Shown here one piece after another: positions 8,521 to 18,781 of a stretch of 64,000 nucleotides of DNA (position 1 is its first letter; each line of letters begins with the position of its first letter). The notes beneath the pieces are model-generated. The model did no database searches and was not told the origin of the DNA. It saw only the letters and a list, made by a program, of their open reading frames with translations. The position numbers were made by a program, and so were the translations under genes. The DNA comes from a virus. Location of the stretch: IMG/VR virus record IMGVR_UViG_3300036774_000066, positions 1-64,000 of that record; one strand, given 5' to 3'.

Positions 8521-10709
8521 GGTGTCGCATCTCGTCCAATAAGTACCGTAACCATTGAATCTGTAGAAGGATGAGCATTGCTGAAAAATAGCTTATCAGG
8601 CGTTGCTCCCATCAAAGCAATCATTCCCTGACCCGCGAACATCTGCATAGAGTCAAGAGCAATTGACGGATTGGTATTCAGGTGTGCTTTGTAAGACAAT
8701 CCTGAAGGATACACATTCGCCTTAACAGACACGACCTTTATTGCAGCAACATTCCCCTGAAACAAATCAACCTCCAAGTCAACAGAACCATGCGGGACTG
8801 AGATAACTACTTTGTCAACAGCCTCACAAACAATACTTCCCTGTTCTGACAAAGACGAATCTCCAAGAACCTGTGCCTGCTGTGAAACCGTAATCGTGTT
8901 AAACATAAGAAGCATTCTCCTTCTTTTTTCGGTACATGATGATCCTCTATATACTATGCCATTGATCGTACATTCTGCACCAGGGTAAAGGTCACAATCT
9001 CCATTCGCCGGAGGAATGCCATTTACTCCTACAAACTCCCCAACCAAAGAACCATTCTTGGCAAAATGTACGTCTTTCTTTACCTCTGCAACAGTAGTAG
9101 TTCTGTAATTCCCCGCATAATCAACACCAAGCACGGTACACGTCTCCCCTTCAAGAAGACTATCATCGCCATGAGAAGGAGGAGTATTAACATCCTCTCC
9201 CATGTACTCCCCTTCAAGTAACGCAGACGGACCATGCATAACACCGTGCTTAACTTCTTCTTTTGGTACAGTTCTGTAAAGTGGAGTAATTAGACTTTGC
9301 GCTGCACCATAGGGAGGAAGAGTATCATCTACAAAATTAGGATCAGGATAAGACACATTGGCAGTCACAACTCTTGGCATTGTGACTCCATTAGTAGTTA
9401 ATATCGCACCGTTATTCGCAAGAATAAGGACTGTATTTGCATCAAAAGTCAATTCAGTGGCGGGGTCAAAGATAGTATGTACTCCATTGACAACAACAAC
9501 TGCACCATTCCAAATTCTTATTCCTCCAAAATTAGCATTTCCATTGATAAATACTGTAAGACCCGTCCAATCAATAGGAAATTGGGTCTGGTCTTTATAC
9601 GTCCCATCAACAAGTAACGGAGGCGTTATTGTCACACCACCTGTAGGAGATGCTATTGTCAAATCCCAAAAATGTAATCCGTTGGAATTAACATTACCAG
9701 GGGCAACAACAGTAAATAAACTTGTACCATGATCCCACGTCCAAAGTGGTTTGAAAAATATGTCTCCTGCAACAAAAACTTGCGCAGAATCCATGTATAC
9801 CTGACCTAAAGTATACGGGGTTGAGTAAGGATACCCAGAAAATAATGTGCAATGTATTATAGAAGACCTAAAATGAAAAGAACTGTCCGCAGAACTAGCC
9901 CAAAAACGAAACCTTCCATTGCACGTTATATTATATCCCGCAGTATCAAATACGCAAGCATTTTCTAATTCAAAAGGAATATCAAAATTCCCACACTGAA
10001 TAGCTCCCCCAAGGTAAACGGCATAATTGCTTGCCCCAACAACATGAATGTATATATCGTTTGTTGTATTTATTGCAGGTATTGTAGTAGATGCCCCACC
10101 AGAAGCAGGATAAAAAACAATCTGCTGATACCCTGCAATAACAGCCCCAACACCCAAGACAAGATGTGGGCCTAACCCTAACATCCTAACTACTAAAGAA
10201 GAAGAAAGAAGAAGAACGCTTGCAGTGTTCTCAAAGATAACTTTATTTCCCCCTGAATATTCAGTACCAACGAAGGTAACACTACATCCGCTCTTGAAAA
10301 TAAGCTGCTTCCAATAAATATTGTCATTCTTATCTTCGTCAAGTATTACTCCTGTTCCCGCTATCTCAAAATTACAATTCGATCTTGTCATTGTTCCAAC
10401 ACTATTACCCACATGACACACGGCCCCATTATTGGTCACTATCAATCTTGTTCCTTGAATCCAATTTCCCGAATGGTCAATACTAAATCCATTCCTATGA
10501 GTTATTTCATATCCAGTATAGTCTATATATCCCAAAAACCCAGATGTTGTAGTTAAGGATAACACATCAAGATTAGCAGATGCAATTGCATTAACGCTTC
10601 CACTATCGAAAAGAATATCATCCGTGGAAAGAAGAGGGCCACTGCCACCATAATTTAATGGGTTATTAAGGTCTGTATCAACAGAGCCGGACCATATTCG
10701 TGTAGGCAT
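8517..10709 (-). CDS. large beta-rich virion protein (tail spike/fiber-like)
   Basis: 730 aa, Gly/Thr/Asn-rich beta repeats, located among structural genes. Confidence 0.55.
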   Translation of the reverse strand: MPTRIWSGSVDTDLNNPLNYGGSGPLLSTDDILFDSGSVNAIASANLDVLSLTTTSGFLGYIDYTGYEITHRNGFSIDHSGNWIQGTRLIVTNNGAVCHVGNSVGTMTRSNCNFEIAGTGVILDEDKNDNIYWKQLIFKSGCSVTFVGTEYSGGNKVIFENTASVLLLSSSLVVRMLGLGPHLVLGVGAVIAGYQQIVFYPASGGASTTIPAINTTNDIYIHVVGASNYAVYLGGAIQCGNFDIPFELENACVFDTAGYNITCNGRFRFWASSADSSFHFRSSIIHCTLFSGYPYSTPYTLGQVYMDSAQVFVAGDIFFKPLWTWDHGTSLFTVVAPGNVNSNGLHFWDLTIASPTGGVTITPPLLVDGTYKDQTQFPIDWTGLTVFINGNANFGGIRIWNGAVVVVNGVHTIFDPATELTFDANTVLILANNGAILTTNGVTMPRVVTANVSYPDPNFVDDTLPPYGAAQSLITPLYRTVPKEEVKHGVMHGPSALLEGEYMGEDVNTPPSHGDDSLLEGETCTVLGVDYAGNYRTTTVAEVKKDVHFAKNGSLVGEFVGVNGIPPANGDCDLYPGAECTINGIVYRGSSCTEKRRRMLLMFNTITVSQQAQVLGDSSLSEQGSIVCEAVDKVVISVPHGSVDLEVDLFQGNVAAIKVVSVKANVYPSGLSYKAHLNTNPSIALDSMQMFAGQGMIALMGATPDKLFFSNAHPSTDSMVTVLIGRDATP

Positions 10710-10958
10710 TATCTTACTCCGCTGGCTTCAAACCTTTATCAACAAGTGCCTTATTCACCGCGTCTTCTGCTACTTTCTTCATATCCTCTGCACGCTTCGC
10801 TTCAAGAAGATTTGGTGCCTGCTCCAACGCATTGACTTCCGCATCAGCACGAGATAAGTTACCCTCAACATTGACAGGTACAACATCTTCTGCGTCTTTC
10901 ACATGAAAATGAGATATTCCCGAAACCGGATTATGATGATAATGCGTTATTTCCATCG

Positions 10959-12356
10959 TCAATTTTCCTCTGTCTGCAAAGACAAAAACTTGCCAATCTT
11001 CTTTATTCGATTAGGAATTGACCCACGATAATCTGTAGATAAAAAATCAAAACTTGGCCGATAATACAATTTCTCAAAATCAACTTGGTCAACCTTATCA
11101 TACACTCGATCAACTGCCTCTTTTAGTGTATCCCCTGCTGCTGTCATTGCTCCAAAAAAGTCCATTCCGGCAACACTAACAATACCATCTTTACCCTTCT
11201 TTACACGGTACAAGAACAGATTATTCTCAACGGATTTATCCCACACCAAGGGCAAGTCACCCTTGGATTCTCTTGTCTCTTCGGCCTTTCCCTCTATGTT
11301 AAACAAGCGAACTGCCACACCAAACTTATTTCTTACAGGGCTTTTGCCTTTCATTATGTCCTCAAAATAAGCCCCAACAAAAGGCTTTCCTTCATCTCTC
11401 AAAACTACCTCAGAAAATATTCCATCGAAGCCGTAGCGCATTCCGCAAAATTCTGTAAAGTAAAAGTCCTTTCCATCAAACATCAAACCAGCATCATACA
11501 CAGACAATCCTGGCTGCTTACTTGCCAACTTGTAAACTATCTCTGGAAAAGCTATCTTATTTAGCTCACAGTCAAGAGGAGTAACCACGCTCGCTACTAA
11601 ATTCCCACCCTTCTGAATACCAATATTCCCGGCACCAAACTCCTTGCACTCAAACTCAGCAATGGAATAAATAGGCTCCCCATTCCAAAAAACCAGCACC
11701 GGACAAACCTCATAAGCATCCGGTATCTTTACCTCAAGGGTATACCCGCCTGATTCATAATCACTCTTGTACTTTGTCAAAGTATCAATAATCTGTTTTT
11801 TCGCAATCTCTACATCGTCTGTCTTAGGAACAACAGTCTTTCCAAGAGTTCCGTTGCTTTTCAAAACCCAAACTGTATCTTTTGAATCTTGTATGTGCTT
11901 AATTCCTTCTGGTACTTTCTCAAAAGTAAAGTATTCCGCGACTTTCACCTTTTTAGGATCGTAAAACTTCTGCACTACCTTCTTTCCAAGTTCCCGCTCC
12001 TTTTCAAGACGGTAATACAGGCTCGTGGGAAACATGCCATTACGGTATCCGAGTTTCAAAACCTCCTCAACAATGTTATGCGCGTCATTATGCTCAAAGA
12101 AAAGAAAATGATCGTCTTTGTCCTCTGCCTTACTCAGATAATCCATAACCTCTTTTTGAGTTTTCTTTTCCAACATCCCATCGCAGCATTCTAACCTGTT
12201 CTTTCTGTCCTCGGGAGACTCGGATATTTTCAATCCGTCAACTTTCAAGTCCTTGACTTTCTCCACCATTCCTATAATAACTTCATTTCCCTCAGACTTT
12301 AGCTGTAAAGCAAGGGGAAACGCATAATGGTCATAGAGAAAAAATACGTATTTCAT
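10959..12356 (-). CDS. ATP-grasp ligase, PurD (GAR synthetase)-like
   Basis: RLEKERELGK, WVLKSNG..GKTVV, EFECKEFGAGNIG..GG, FTEFCGMRYG, C-terminal GDTLKEAVDRVY..LYYR. Confidence 0.7.
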   Translation of the reverse strand: MKYVFFLYDHYAFPLALQLKSEGNEVIIGMVEKVKDLKVDGLKISESPEDRKNRLECCDGMLEKKTQKEVMDYLSKAEDKDDHFLFFEHNDAHNIVEEVLKLGYRNGMFPTSLYYRLEKERELGKKVVQKFYDPKKVKVAEYFTFEKVPEGIKHIQDSKDTVWVLKSNGTLGKTVVPKTDDVEIAKKQIIDTLTKYKSDYESGGYTLEVKIPDAYEVCPVLVFWNGEPIYSIAEFECKEFGAGNIGIQKGGNLVASVVTPLDCELNKIAFPEIVYKLASKQPGLSVYDAGLMFDGKDFYFTEFCGMRYGFDGIFSEVVLRDEGKPFVGAYFEDIMKGKSPVRNKFGVAVRLFNIEGKAEETRESKGDLPLVWDKSVENNLFLYRVKKGKDGIVSVAGMDFFGAMTAAGDTLKEAVDRVYDKVDQVDFEKLYYRPSFDFLSTDYRGSIPNRIKKIGKFLSLQTEEN

Positions 12357-12360
12357 ATTA

Positions 12361-13005
12361 TTACACCCAATCTTTCAAAACTTCTTGAATAGCAACTAAG
12401 CCAGCGTCAACTATCCAAGGCTCTTTTCTCCTCAAAACTAACGGTATTTCTGTACATCCGAGAATAACCTTCTTCACAGGGTTATCTCGCAATCTCAAAG
12501 AAACCGCAACCGCATACATTCTTTCCTCGTCTAATTCTGAAATCTCCCCTGAAATCGCATGTTCAATTGCCTCATTCACATACCCCTGTTCACGATCTGT
12601 TACAAACAACCCACCCGAATACACACTCCTTGCTGTCCGAGAACACAGCACACCAAAAGAATCTCCTCCACAAGAATCAATTGCACACTTTGGCATGTTT
12701 ACTAAAATACCACCAGACTTTTCATAGAAATAATCAAAGTAAACATGCGCTGTATTACATGCAAGCAAGATAGAACTTACACTATTCCGGGTAAGTAAAC
12801 AAATTCCATTCAAGACATCATTCTTCAACACACTCTCATCTATTTCACCCGTCTCACTTATGCCATAAGAAGACATATTGTAAATAATAATCTCAGGGAA
12901 ATCCCCGTCCCTCCTGCATCCCATCTTCTGACATTCCTTAACAATAGTGTCATAAAAGTAAACACCAGCGGCAGCACCCATTCCTGCCAAAATACCAATT
13001 CTCAC
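12361..13005 (-). CDS. aspartate/glutamate racemase family protein
   Basis: IGILAGMG, ACNTAH and LGCTEIP (both catalytic Cys present). Confidence 0.9.
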   Translation of the reverse strand: MRIGILAGMGAAAGVYFYDTIVKECQKMGCRRDGDFPEIIIYNMSSYGISETGEIDESVLKNDVLNGICLLTRNSVSSILLACNTAHVYFDYFYEKSGGILVNMPKCAIDSCGGDSFGVLCSRTARSVYSGGLFVTDREQGYVNEAIEHAISGEISELDEERMYAVAVSLRLRDNPVKKVILGCTEIPLVLRRKEPWIVDAGLVAIQEVLKDWV

Positions 13006-13175
13006 AGTGCGGCAATCCTTTCAATCACCTTATCAATTGACATATCAGAAGGAACACACGACCAAAGAGCATCCTTTACAGGAGGTATCCTTTTGCCGCT
13101 GCCCTTCCCCCCGTCATCAACATCGTCCTCATTTTCATGGGACTTTACTTCATATATTCTTGACAGAAGATTCAT
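13002..13175 (-). CDS. small LLxxhYE-leader protein (putative internal head protein)
   Basis: Restarted at MNLLSRIYE. Confidence 0.55.
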   Translation of the reverse strand: MNLLSRIYEVKSHENEDDVDDGGKGSGKRIPPVKDALWSCVPSDMSIDKVIERIAAL

Positions 13176-13176
13176 G

Positions 13177-13953
13177 TCACGCCTCTTTGACGTAGTATTC
13201 TGTCGCTCCAAAAACCTTCGACTCTTTCTTAGACATTCCAAGAGACTTCACAGCACCCATAGCAATCTGCTCATTCTCCGTTGTCCAAACCACACCATCC
13301 TTATCCGCACCACGCTTCCAATTCGCCTCGATTCCCCCAAGGGTAACTTTCGTCATCACGTCAGTCATTCCCCGAAGGTGCCACGTATCGTCCTTCTTGT
13401 AAATCTCAACCAAACCACCGCCCTGCTCATTGACTGTCTGCTCTTTCATGTCAGACATCTTGGTTACGTTCTTTACCTGAGTAAGGTCCAATTCCTTTTT
13501 TCCTCGAATCATAAACCAATCTGTATCCTTTGCAGTACCCGTAGAAAACTTCTGCTGATAAGCATAAGTATCCTCTGGAACTTTGCCCACAAACTGCATC
13601 AATTCCTTCTTTGATCCAACAGAAACAGTTGCACTATCAAGGCTCTTGATAGCATTCTTTATCTCACTGTCAGACATTCCTTTTGCTTCGTCAATCCTTG
13701 TGTCCTCATACATCCGAGTCATCAAAGGCCCACGGAAAGACTCGCTCTTCACATTCGCCGCTCCCAAGGCACGCTTCAAAGCAGTAACCGTTTTGGTATC
13801 CTCTTTCTCAGGTGCCTCCAACTTTGTCAACACACTCATAAGCATCTCAAAAGGAAGTCCCTCTGTCTTCTTATCTGTCATCCTGCTTGTCACAACGGAC
13901 AGCAAAGCATGGAGAGCCGCATTCTCTTTCGGGGTAATGGTAACATTCATCAA
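13177..13953 (-). CDS. putative internal head protein
   Basis: Internal GPLMTRMYE motif; IDEA and VNEQ Glu sites. Confidence 0.55.
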   Translation of the reverse strand: MMNVTITPKENAALHALLSVVTSRMTDKKTEGLPFEMLMSVLTKLEAPEKEDTKTVTALKRALGAANVKSESFRGPLMTRMYEDTRIDEAKGMSDSEIKNAIKSLDSATVSVGSKKELMQFVGKVPEDTYAYQQKFSTGTAKDTDWFMIRGKKELDLTQVKNVTKMSDMKEQTVNEQGGGLVEIYKKDDTWHLRGMTDVMTKVTLGGIEANWKRGADKDGVVWTTENEQIAMGAVKSLGMSKKESKVFGATEYYVKEA

Positions 13954-14255
13954 AAGCCTCCAGGGTTATGTGATGCAGCATACGCCGCTGATGATCTCTT
14001 TGGAAATTGATCCATTGCCGTATAGTCAAACTCGGTATTTATCTTCTTTGTCTTGTACATCTTCTGAAGCAAAGACTCCCCAATCTGACTCGTCTTATAG
14101 TCCAAATTTGCTACTCTAATTTTCAAGATATTCTTACCGTTAATAGTAGGCTGACCATGCTTGTCCTTGCCAACCTCCTTGACTGTTATACGTTTATTCT
14201 TAAACTTCCCAACGTATACGGTATCTCCCACCTCAATTGGCAGTATTATTGGCAT
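13950..14255 (-). CDS. hypothetical protein (SH3/KOW-like N-terminus)
   Basis: IEVGDTVYVGKFKNK; internal ESLLQKMY. Confidence 0.55.
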   Translation of the reverse strand: MPIILPIEVGDTVYVGKFKNKRITVKEVGKDKHGQPTINGKNILKIRVANLDYKTSQIGESLLQKMYKTKKINTEFDYTAMDQFPKRSSAAYAASHNPGGF

Positions 14256-14258
14256 AAA

Positions 14259-14885
14259 TCACTTCTTGAGAAGATCAGTAATATCAGAATATCCTTTAGA
14301 TGATTTCACACGATACTTCGCAAGTGCCTTCTGCTCAACATCCCCGTAGTCATTACCCTCTGCTATCTGAACTACCTTGGGACCGTACCCAATTCTCCCG
14401 TAGGCATTCGCAGCAACAAACCCGTTTCCCTTTGCAAATATCGCAAAGTAATGATACTTGTTAGAACTTCCTTCTTGAAAGACAAGAAATCTAAACCATT
14501 TTGGGATTCCTGTAACGTCTAACTGCTTTCTCATTGTCTCAACAATTCCCGCAAAGTGCTTTCGAGAAGGCTCTAAGTATGCCATCTCCTCATTAACAGA
14601 GCTAACAGGCTTAACAGGCTTAACAGGCTCAACAGAATTTATACTCTCCTCAATACCGGATATAGCCTTCAAACCTTCCTTCAACTTTGTCACGTCTTTA
14701 TCTGAAATTGCCAGACTTGTCAAGATAGAAGTCATCCTGCTATCTGCCTGTGGATGCTCCGCAGCAAGAGAAGCAACAGCAAGTAGATACTGCGCTTGCT
14801 TTTTAGTCATGTTAAGAGACGCTTCCTGCAAACTTCCCTCTTGCACAGGTTGACTCTTTCCGTACATATCCTGAAAGAGACTCAT
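14259..14885 (-). CDS. WGR-domain protein with internal-protein leader
   Basis: MSLFQDMY leader; SNKYHY..AYGRIG..KSSKGY matches the WGR pattern. Confidence 0.7.
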   Translation of the reverse strand: MSLFQDMYGKSQPVQEGSLQEASLNMTKKQAQYLLAVASLAAEHPQADSRMTSILTSLAISDKDVTKLKEGLKAISGIEESINSVEPVKPVKPVSSVNEEMAYLEPSRKHFAGIVETMRKQLDVTGIPKWFRFLVFQEGSSNKYHYFAIFAKGNGFVAANAYGRIGYGPKVVQIAEGNDYGDVEQKALAKYRVKSSKGYSDITDLLKK

Positions 14886-14887
14886 GG

Positions 14888-15445
14888 CTACTCCTTATCC
14901 GACTTACTATCTGTCAATTCTTTGAGAACTTTCGTCAGGATTTCCTGGTACGCTTTCATTAAAGCCTTCGCCTGTGGTCCACCCTTCTTCATTATCTTGT
15001 AAACTTCCATTGTAAATTTCAATTCTATTCGTGTACCCTTACGTACACAATCAACTCTCGCATCATCCATCTTACTAAACAACTTATCATACTTCGGCTC
15101 TTGCGTCTCATAGTTTACATAGTACGCAATATCCTCTGGATTCACTTCTTCCGGCACGTCACGAATAACAGCACCAGCAAATCCCCAATCGGATTTCTTT
15201 ACTTCTACACTCTCTGTAACCTTCCCTGTTGACGGACTAATATGATCGAATACAAACTGTGAAGCCCACTCCTTTGCCCTCTCATAATTCCCGCCAAAAG
15301 AAGACTTGAACTTTGACGCTACCAAGTCACGCATGGTATTAACATTCGCATCAGGCTTACGGTCAACCATGCCCTTCAAATAGTCAATTGCGTCTATCTC
15401 AAGGTCAGCAACTCTTGACTCATACATTTCCTGTAGTAAACTCAT
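14888..15445 (-). CDS. LLxxhYE-leader protein
   Basis: MSLLQEMYE. Confidence 0.65.
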   Translation of the reverse strand: MSLLQEMYESRVADLEIDAIDYLKGMVDRKPDANVNTMRDLVASKFKSSFGGNYERAKEWASQFVFDHISPSTGKVTESVEVKKSDWGFAGAVIRDVPEEVNPEDIAYYVNYETQEPKYDKLFSKMDDARVDCVRKGTRIELKFTMEVYKIMKKGGPQAKALMKAYQEILTKVLKELTDSKSDKE

Positions 15446-15447
15446 GG

Positions 15448-15852
15448 TTACTCTCTTTCTCCAACTAATCCTTGCTTCTCTGCCATCTTTAGCAACTTAA
15501 CTACCCAAGACTTGATATTCTCCTTATCAGAAGAATCCAATTTCTCCCCCGTGACAATCTTCTTCCATTCACCAAGAGTAAATGACAAATCTCTTACCGA
15601 AGCCTGAATAATCCCTGATTTTGTCATCGCCGGATCATACATCAAATAAGTATCTGGTGCATCGGCCTCAAAATACACCTTCACAATCTTCGCCCAATAC
15701 TTCTTACCAACAGAAGGATCAATCTTCTTGTACTCACCATCCTGCAAACGCTCTACTGCATTGTAAACATCGTCTTTAACATCTTTCAAAAACATTGCAG
15801 TGTCAGCGTCATACTCTTGTGTCTTTTCATACATTTCCTGTAGTAAACTCAT
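15448..15852 (-). CDS. LLxxhYE-leader protein
   Basis: MSLLQEMYE. Confidence 0.65.
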   Translation of the reverse strand: MSLLQEMYEKTQEYDADTAMFLKDVKDDVYNAVERLQDGEYKKIDPSVGKKYWAKIVKVYFEADAPDTYLMYDPAMTKSGIIQASVRDLSFTLGEWKKIVTGEKLDSSDKENIKSWVVKLLKMAEKQGLVGERE

Positions 15853-15854
15853 GG

Positions 15855-16025
15855 CTATCCCCTTTTCAAAGTCTTCTTACTCAAAGCACTCTGGCAATGC
15901 TTCATCTTTGCAACATCCCCACGCATCCTTGCCTTATTCAACTGCTCACGCGCACGAGCTAACTTATCCGTTCGCTTCATAGCGGACAGTGGTGAAGCCT
16001 CATACATTCTTTGTAGTAAAGTCAT
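15855..16025 (-). CDS. 56-aa basic LLxxhYE-leader protein (absent from the ORF track)
   Basis: MTLLQRMYEASPLSAMKRTDKLARAREQ...KRG*. Confidence 0.6.
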   Translation of the reverse strand: MTLLQRMYEASPLSAMKRTDKLARAREQLNKARMRGDVAKMKHCQSALSKKTLKRG

Positions 16026-16028
16026 TGC

Positions 16029-16328
16029 CTACCTCAAAGACACAAACACAGGAACACCCTTAACTAACTTGTATATAGCATCTATTCCATCCTTACCATC
16101 AGAATAATCTTCAAAGTAAAGTAAAAACCTAAATTCATTCCCTGAACTTTTTGTCACATTAAGAACCTGTGCCCACCACCCCTCCTTATCTTTCTTATCT
16201 ATAGGATGCTGCGCATTTATTGATATTTCGTTGTCATAGGCTTTACGAATCTTCTCCTCTGTATATGGACCCTTCATTGTCTTTATATTGCCCTTACTCT
16301 TTTCATAAATCTTACTAAGTAAACCCAT
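16029..16328 (-). CDS. LLxxhYE-leader protein
   Basis: MGLLSKIYE. Confidence 0.65.
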   Translation of the reverse strand: MGLLSKIYEKSKGNIKTMKGPYTEEKIRKAYDNEISINAQHPIDKKDKEGWWAQVLNVTKSSGNEFRFLLYFEDYSDGKDGIDAIYKLVKGVPVFVSLR

Positions 16329-16339
16329 ATCTAACCTCC

Positions 16340-17542
16340 TTATGATAGATAAACCGTTATCTCATACCGTCCGGTATCATGCTTGTACCACGTAAGCACA
16401 AGCACACAATTGTCAATCTCACCTTGGGCATTTTTCAGGCTAATTGTGGTTCTTCCTTCTCGTCCAGTAATAAACCCTTCCCACTCATTACCATCCTCAT
16501 CAATAGGAATCACCCCTTCTTTCTTACAAGCATCAAAAATCTGCTTCAAAGGAAAGTCACTATGCAACTTTGTACTAAGATCACGAAGAGTATCATTTAT
16601 CCTTGACCTTATAGCAGGTCCAATGGTGTTCTTTTTTGCTGCTTCGTCAAGACCTTCTGTGATTTTGCTCTTTGCCAAAGCCTTCTTGAACAAGGTAGTA
16701 AAAGGCTCCCCTTCATAGTGATTGTCAATAGCCTTCTCTGGGCTAATACCTTTGTCAATATCCTTAATCACAAGGTCAATATTGACTGTTGTAAGCCTTA
16801 CCATGTTAGGATTATGATAGTATCTCGAACTCTTTAATGACTTTGCATAAAGTTTCTTGTCATAGTCATCCAAAGCAGCAACCAACACTTCTCGTACTTT
16901 CTTAGAATCAACACTCTCATGTATGGAACTCAAAAGATTTCTGAGATATGCAACCGCCTGAGTCAAAGGACCGTCAAAAATCTTCCTGCTTCCCTTAAAC
17001 AAAGCAACTGTACCGTCCGCTGCTGCCCTTGATCTCTCAATCGGAGTTACCTTATCAGAATATTTACTTACTAAATCGTCAAGCTCTTTGGAAGTATCCC
17101 AATTCTTAGCCTCAATTACTCTATTCCCCTTGCCCATCTTCACATCTCTTTTCTTTCTTTTTTCCTCTGGGTCAATGGAGTCGGTCGAAGGATAGTAAAA
17201 CATCTTCCCGGCTGGACCCACGGAAGCACTCGTTGTAAGCTCATAGAATCTTGCCAACAACGGACCCACGTACCTTTCATCTTTCTCTCCCCGCGCCTTC
17301 TCGAACGCAATTGGAGAGTAGTCATGCGCCTTCAGCCACGCTTTAGCCTCTGAGGGGCTAAATTTGTCCGCTGAGAAGCGAATAGAGGCCACGGCGGTCC
17401 TTCCCCCTCTCTCACCCTTCTTTGCCCTCAGACCGTACAAAACACTGATCCCCGGCTTAAACTCATCAGTTGCCCAACGATAGCCTTTGAACTTGGAATT
17501 GTCTATCTTAGCAGAATGATAATTCACGAATCCACGGGGCAT
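16340..17542 (-). CDS. multi-module putative internal head polyprotein
   Basis: Internal GPLLARFYE; modules separated by VIEA, IHES, LDEA. Confidence 0.55.
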   Translation of the reverse strand: MPRGFVNYHSAKIDNSKFKGYRWATDEFKPGISVLYGLRAKKGERGGRTAVASIRFSADKFSPSEAKAWLKAHDYSPIAFEKARGEKDERYVGPLLARFYELTTSASVGPAGKMFYYPSTDSIDPEEKRKKRDVKMGKGNRVIEAKNWDTSKELDDLVSKYSDKVTPIERSRAAADGTVALFKGSRKIFDGPLTQAVAYLRNLLSSIHESVDSKKVREVLVAALDDYDKKLYAKSLKSSRYYHNPNMVRLTTVNIDLVIKDIDKGISPEKAIDNHYEGEPFTTLFKKALAKSKITEGLDEAAKKNTIGPAIRSRINDTLRDLSTKLHSDFPLKQIFDACKKEGVIPIDEDGNEWEGFITGREGRTTISLKNAQGEIDNCVLVLTWYKHDTGRYEITVYLS

Positions 17543-17553
17543 ACTTACCTCTT

Positions 17554-17823
17554 CTAATCCTTGTAGTAATATGCCTTAACAGGGCCAATACCGTTCCACT
17601 TTTTCTTCTCAACTTTCAAAACCCCAGAAGCAACCAACTTCTTCAGAACTGCAACTTGCTCCTTGTTCCACTGCCCAATATCGGGAATACCACGAAACTT
17701 ATCCCCAAGAAAAGTATAAACCTCACTAAAACCTTCCTCCCACTTATCCAAACCAACACCCCTCATCAAATTTACAACTTCAGAATTGTCACCTTCGTAC
17801 AGGTCAATCAGTAGATTTTTCAT
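17554..17823 (-). CDS. LLxxhYE-leader protein
   Basis: MKNLLIDLYE. Confidence 0.6.
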   Translation of the reverse strand: MKNLLIDLYEGDNSEVVNLMRGVGLDKWEEGFSEVYTFLGDKFRGIPDIGQWNKEQVAVLKKLVASGVLKVEKKKWNGIGPVKAYYYKD

Positions 17824-17839
17824 TACACAACTCCTCAAG

Positions 17840-18058
17840 TTACTTACTGTTTATCTCATACTTCCCAGATTGCTTTTCTTGGTCAAGTTTCTCTTTTGTG
17901 ATGATCTTCTTGATTGACTTGCCGGAAATCGGAAACACATAAGTCACAGCGTATTTACCATCACTACGAGGATGATTGTTTATATAAAGAATAGAATTTC
18001 CTGTGGGAGCATCACCAAAACCCTCATACATTCTACAAAATAAACTCGCATGGAACAT
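17840..18058 (-). CDS. LLxxhYE-leader protein
   Basis: ASLFCRMYE. Confidence 0.55.
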   Translation of the reverse strand: MFHASLFCRMYEGFGDAPTGNSILYINNHPRSDGKYAVTYVFPISGKSIKKIITKEKLDQEKQSGKYEINSK

Positions 18059-18059
18059 A

Positions 18060-18470
18060 CTAACCCCTCTGGTCTTTCCTTTTCATCATAATCTTCGCTG
18101 GCTGACATCTCTTACACATAGGAGTATTCATCTTACCCCAACCCACTACTTCTGTTCCTCCACACCGAGGACACGGCTCAAATTCCCCTTCAACCTTTTT
18201 CTCGTATATTCTACAAAGTAAACTCATATCCGACTGCTCTACTTTCTCAACCTTCGAGTTTACAAGTCTTAATTCTGTCATCGGAACATCAGGGGCCTCT
18301 TTGAAAACATAGTACCAATCTGACCCTATTGCATCCGTTGTCACCTTATCAACAGTAAGGACACCCTTCTTTACAGTATAGGGAAATAAGAGTCTGTCTC
18401 CTTTGTTATACAACGGCTTCTTTTTAGGGGCATCAACCATATCCCCCCAAAGATTCTTAATCTTTATCAA
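18060..18470 (-). CDS. two-module protein with internal leader and C-terminal Zn ribbon
   Basis: Internal MSLLCRIYE, CPRCGG...CKRC. Confidence 0.55.
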   Translation of the reverse strand: MIKIKNLWGDMVDAPKKKPLYNKGDRLLFPYTVKKGVLTVDKVTTDAIGSDWYYVFKEAPDVPMTELRLVNSKVEKVEQSDMSLLCRIYEKKVEGEFEPCPRCGGTEVVGWGKMNTPMCKRCQPAKIMMKRKDQRG

Positions 18471-18781
18471 AAAGCCCCGTTCACCTTGTCATAATCTTCC
18501 GGGGAAAGTATCTTCTTTGCCTTCTCCATAGCCACAAGAGCAAACTCTTCTCTGGCTCTCTTTGCACCCTCAGACAAGTGACCCCAATAATCAGAAATTG
18601 TCTCTATTGCGTCAAGAGCCTTGACCATTTTTGCATCCTTCAAAATCTCCTTTGCCAAAATCTTCAGACTTTCCGTGTGAAAATTTTGGTCCGTAGCCTT
18701 TGCAATCTTCTTAACAACCGCGTCAACACTCAGACTCTTAGAAACTGCTTCGTTCAAAAACAAATCTGATTGATAGCTCAT
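18467..18781 (-). CDS. putative internal head protein
   Basis: MSYQSDLFLNEAVSK leader shared with the next gene. Confidence 0.6.
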   Translation of the reverse strand: MSYQSDLFLNEAVSKSLSVDAVVKKIAKATDQNFHTESLKILAKEILKDAKMVKALDAIETISDYWGHLSEGAKRAREEFALVAMEKAKKILSPEDYDKVNGAF

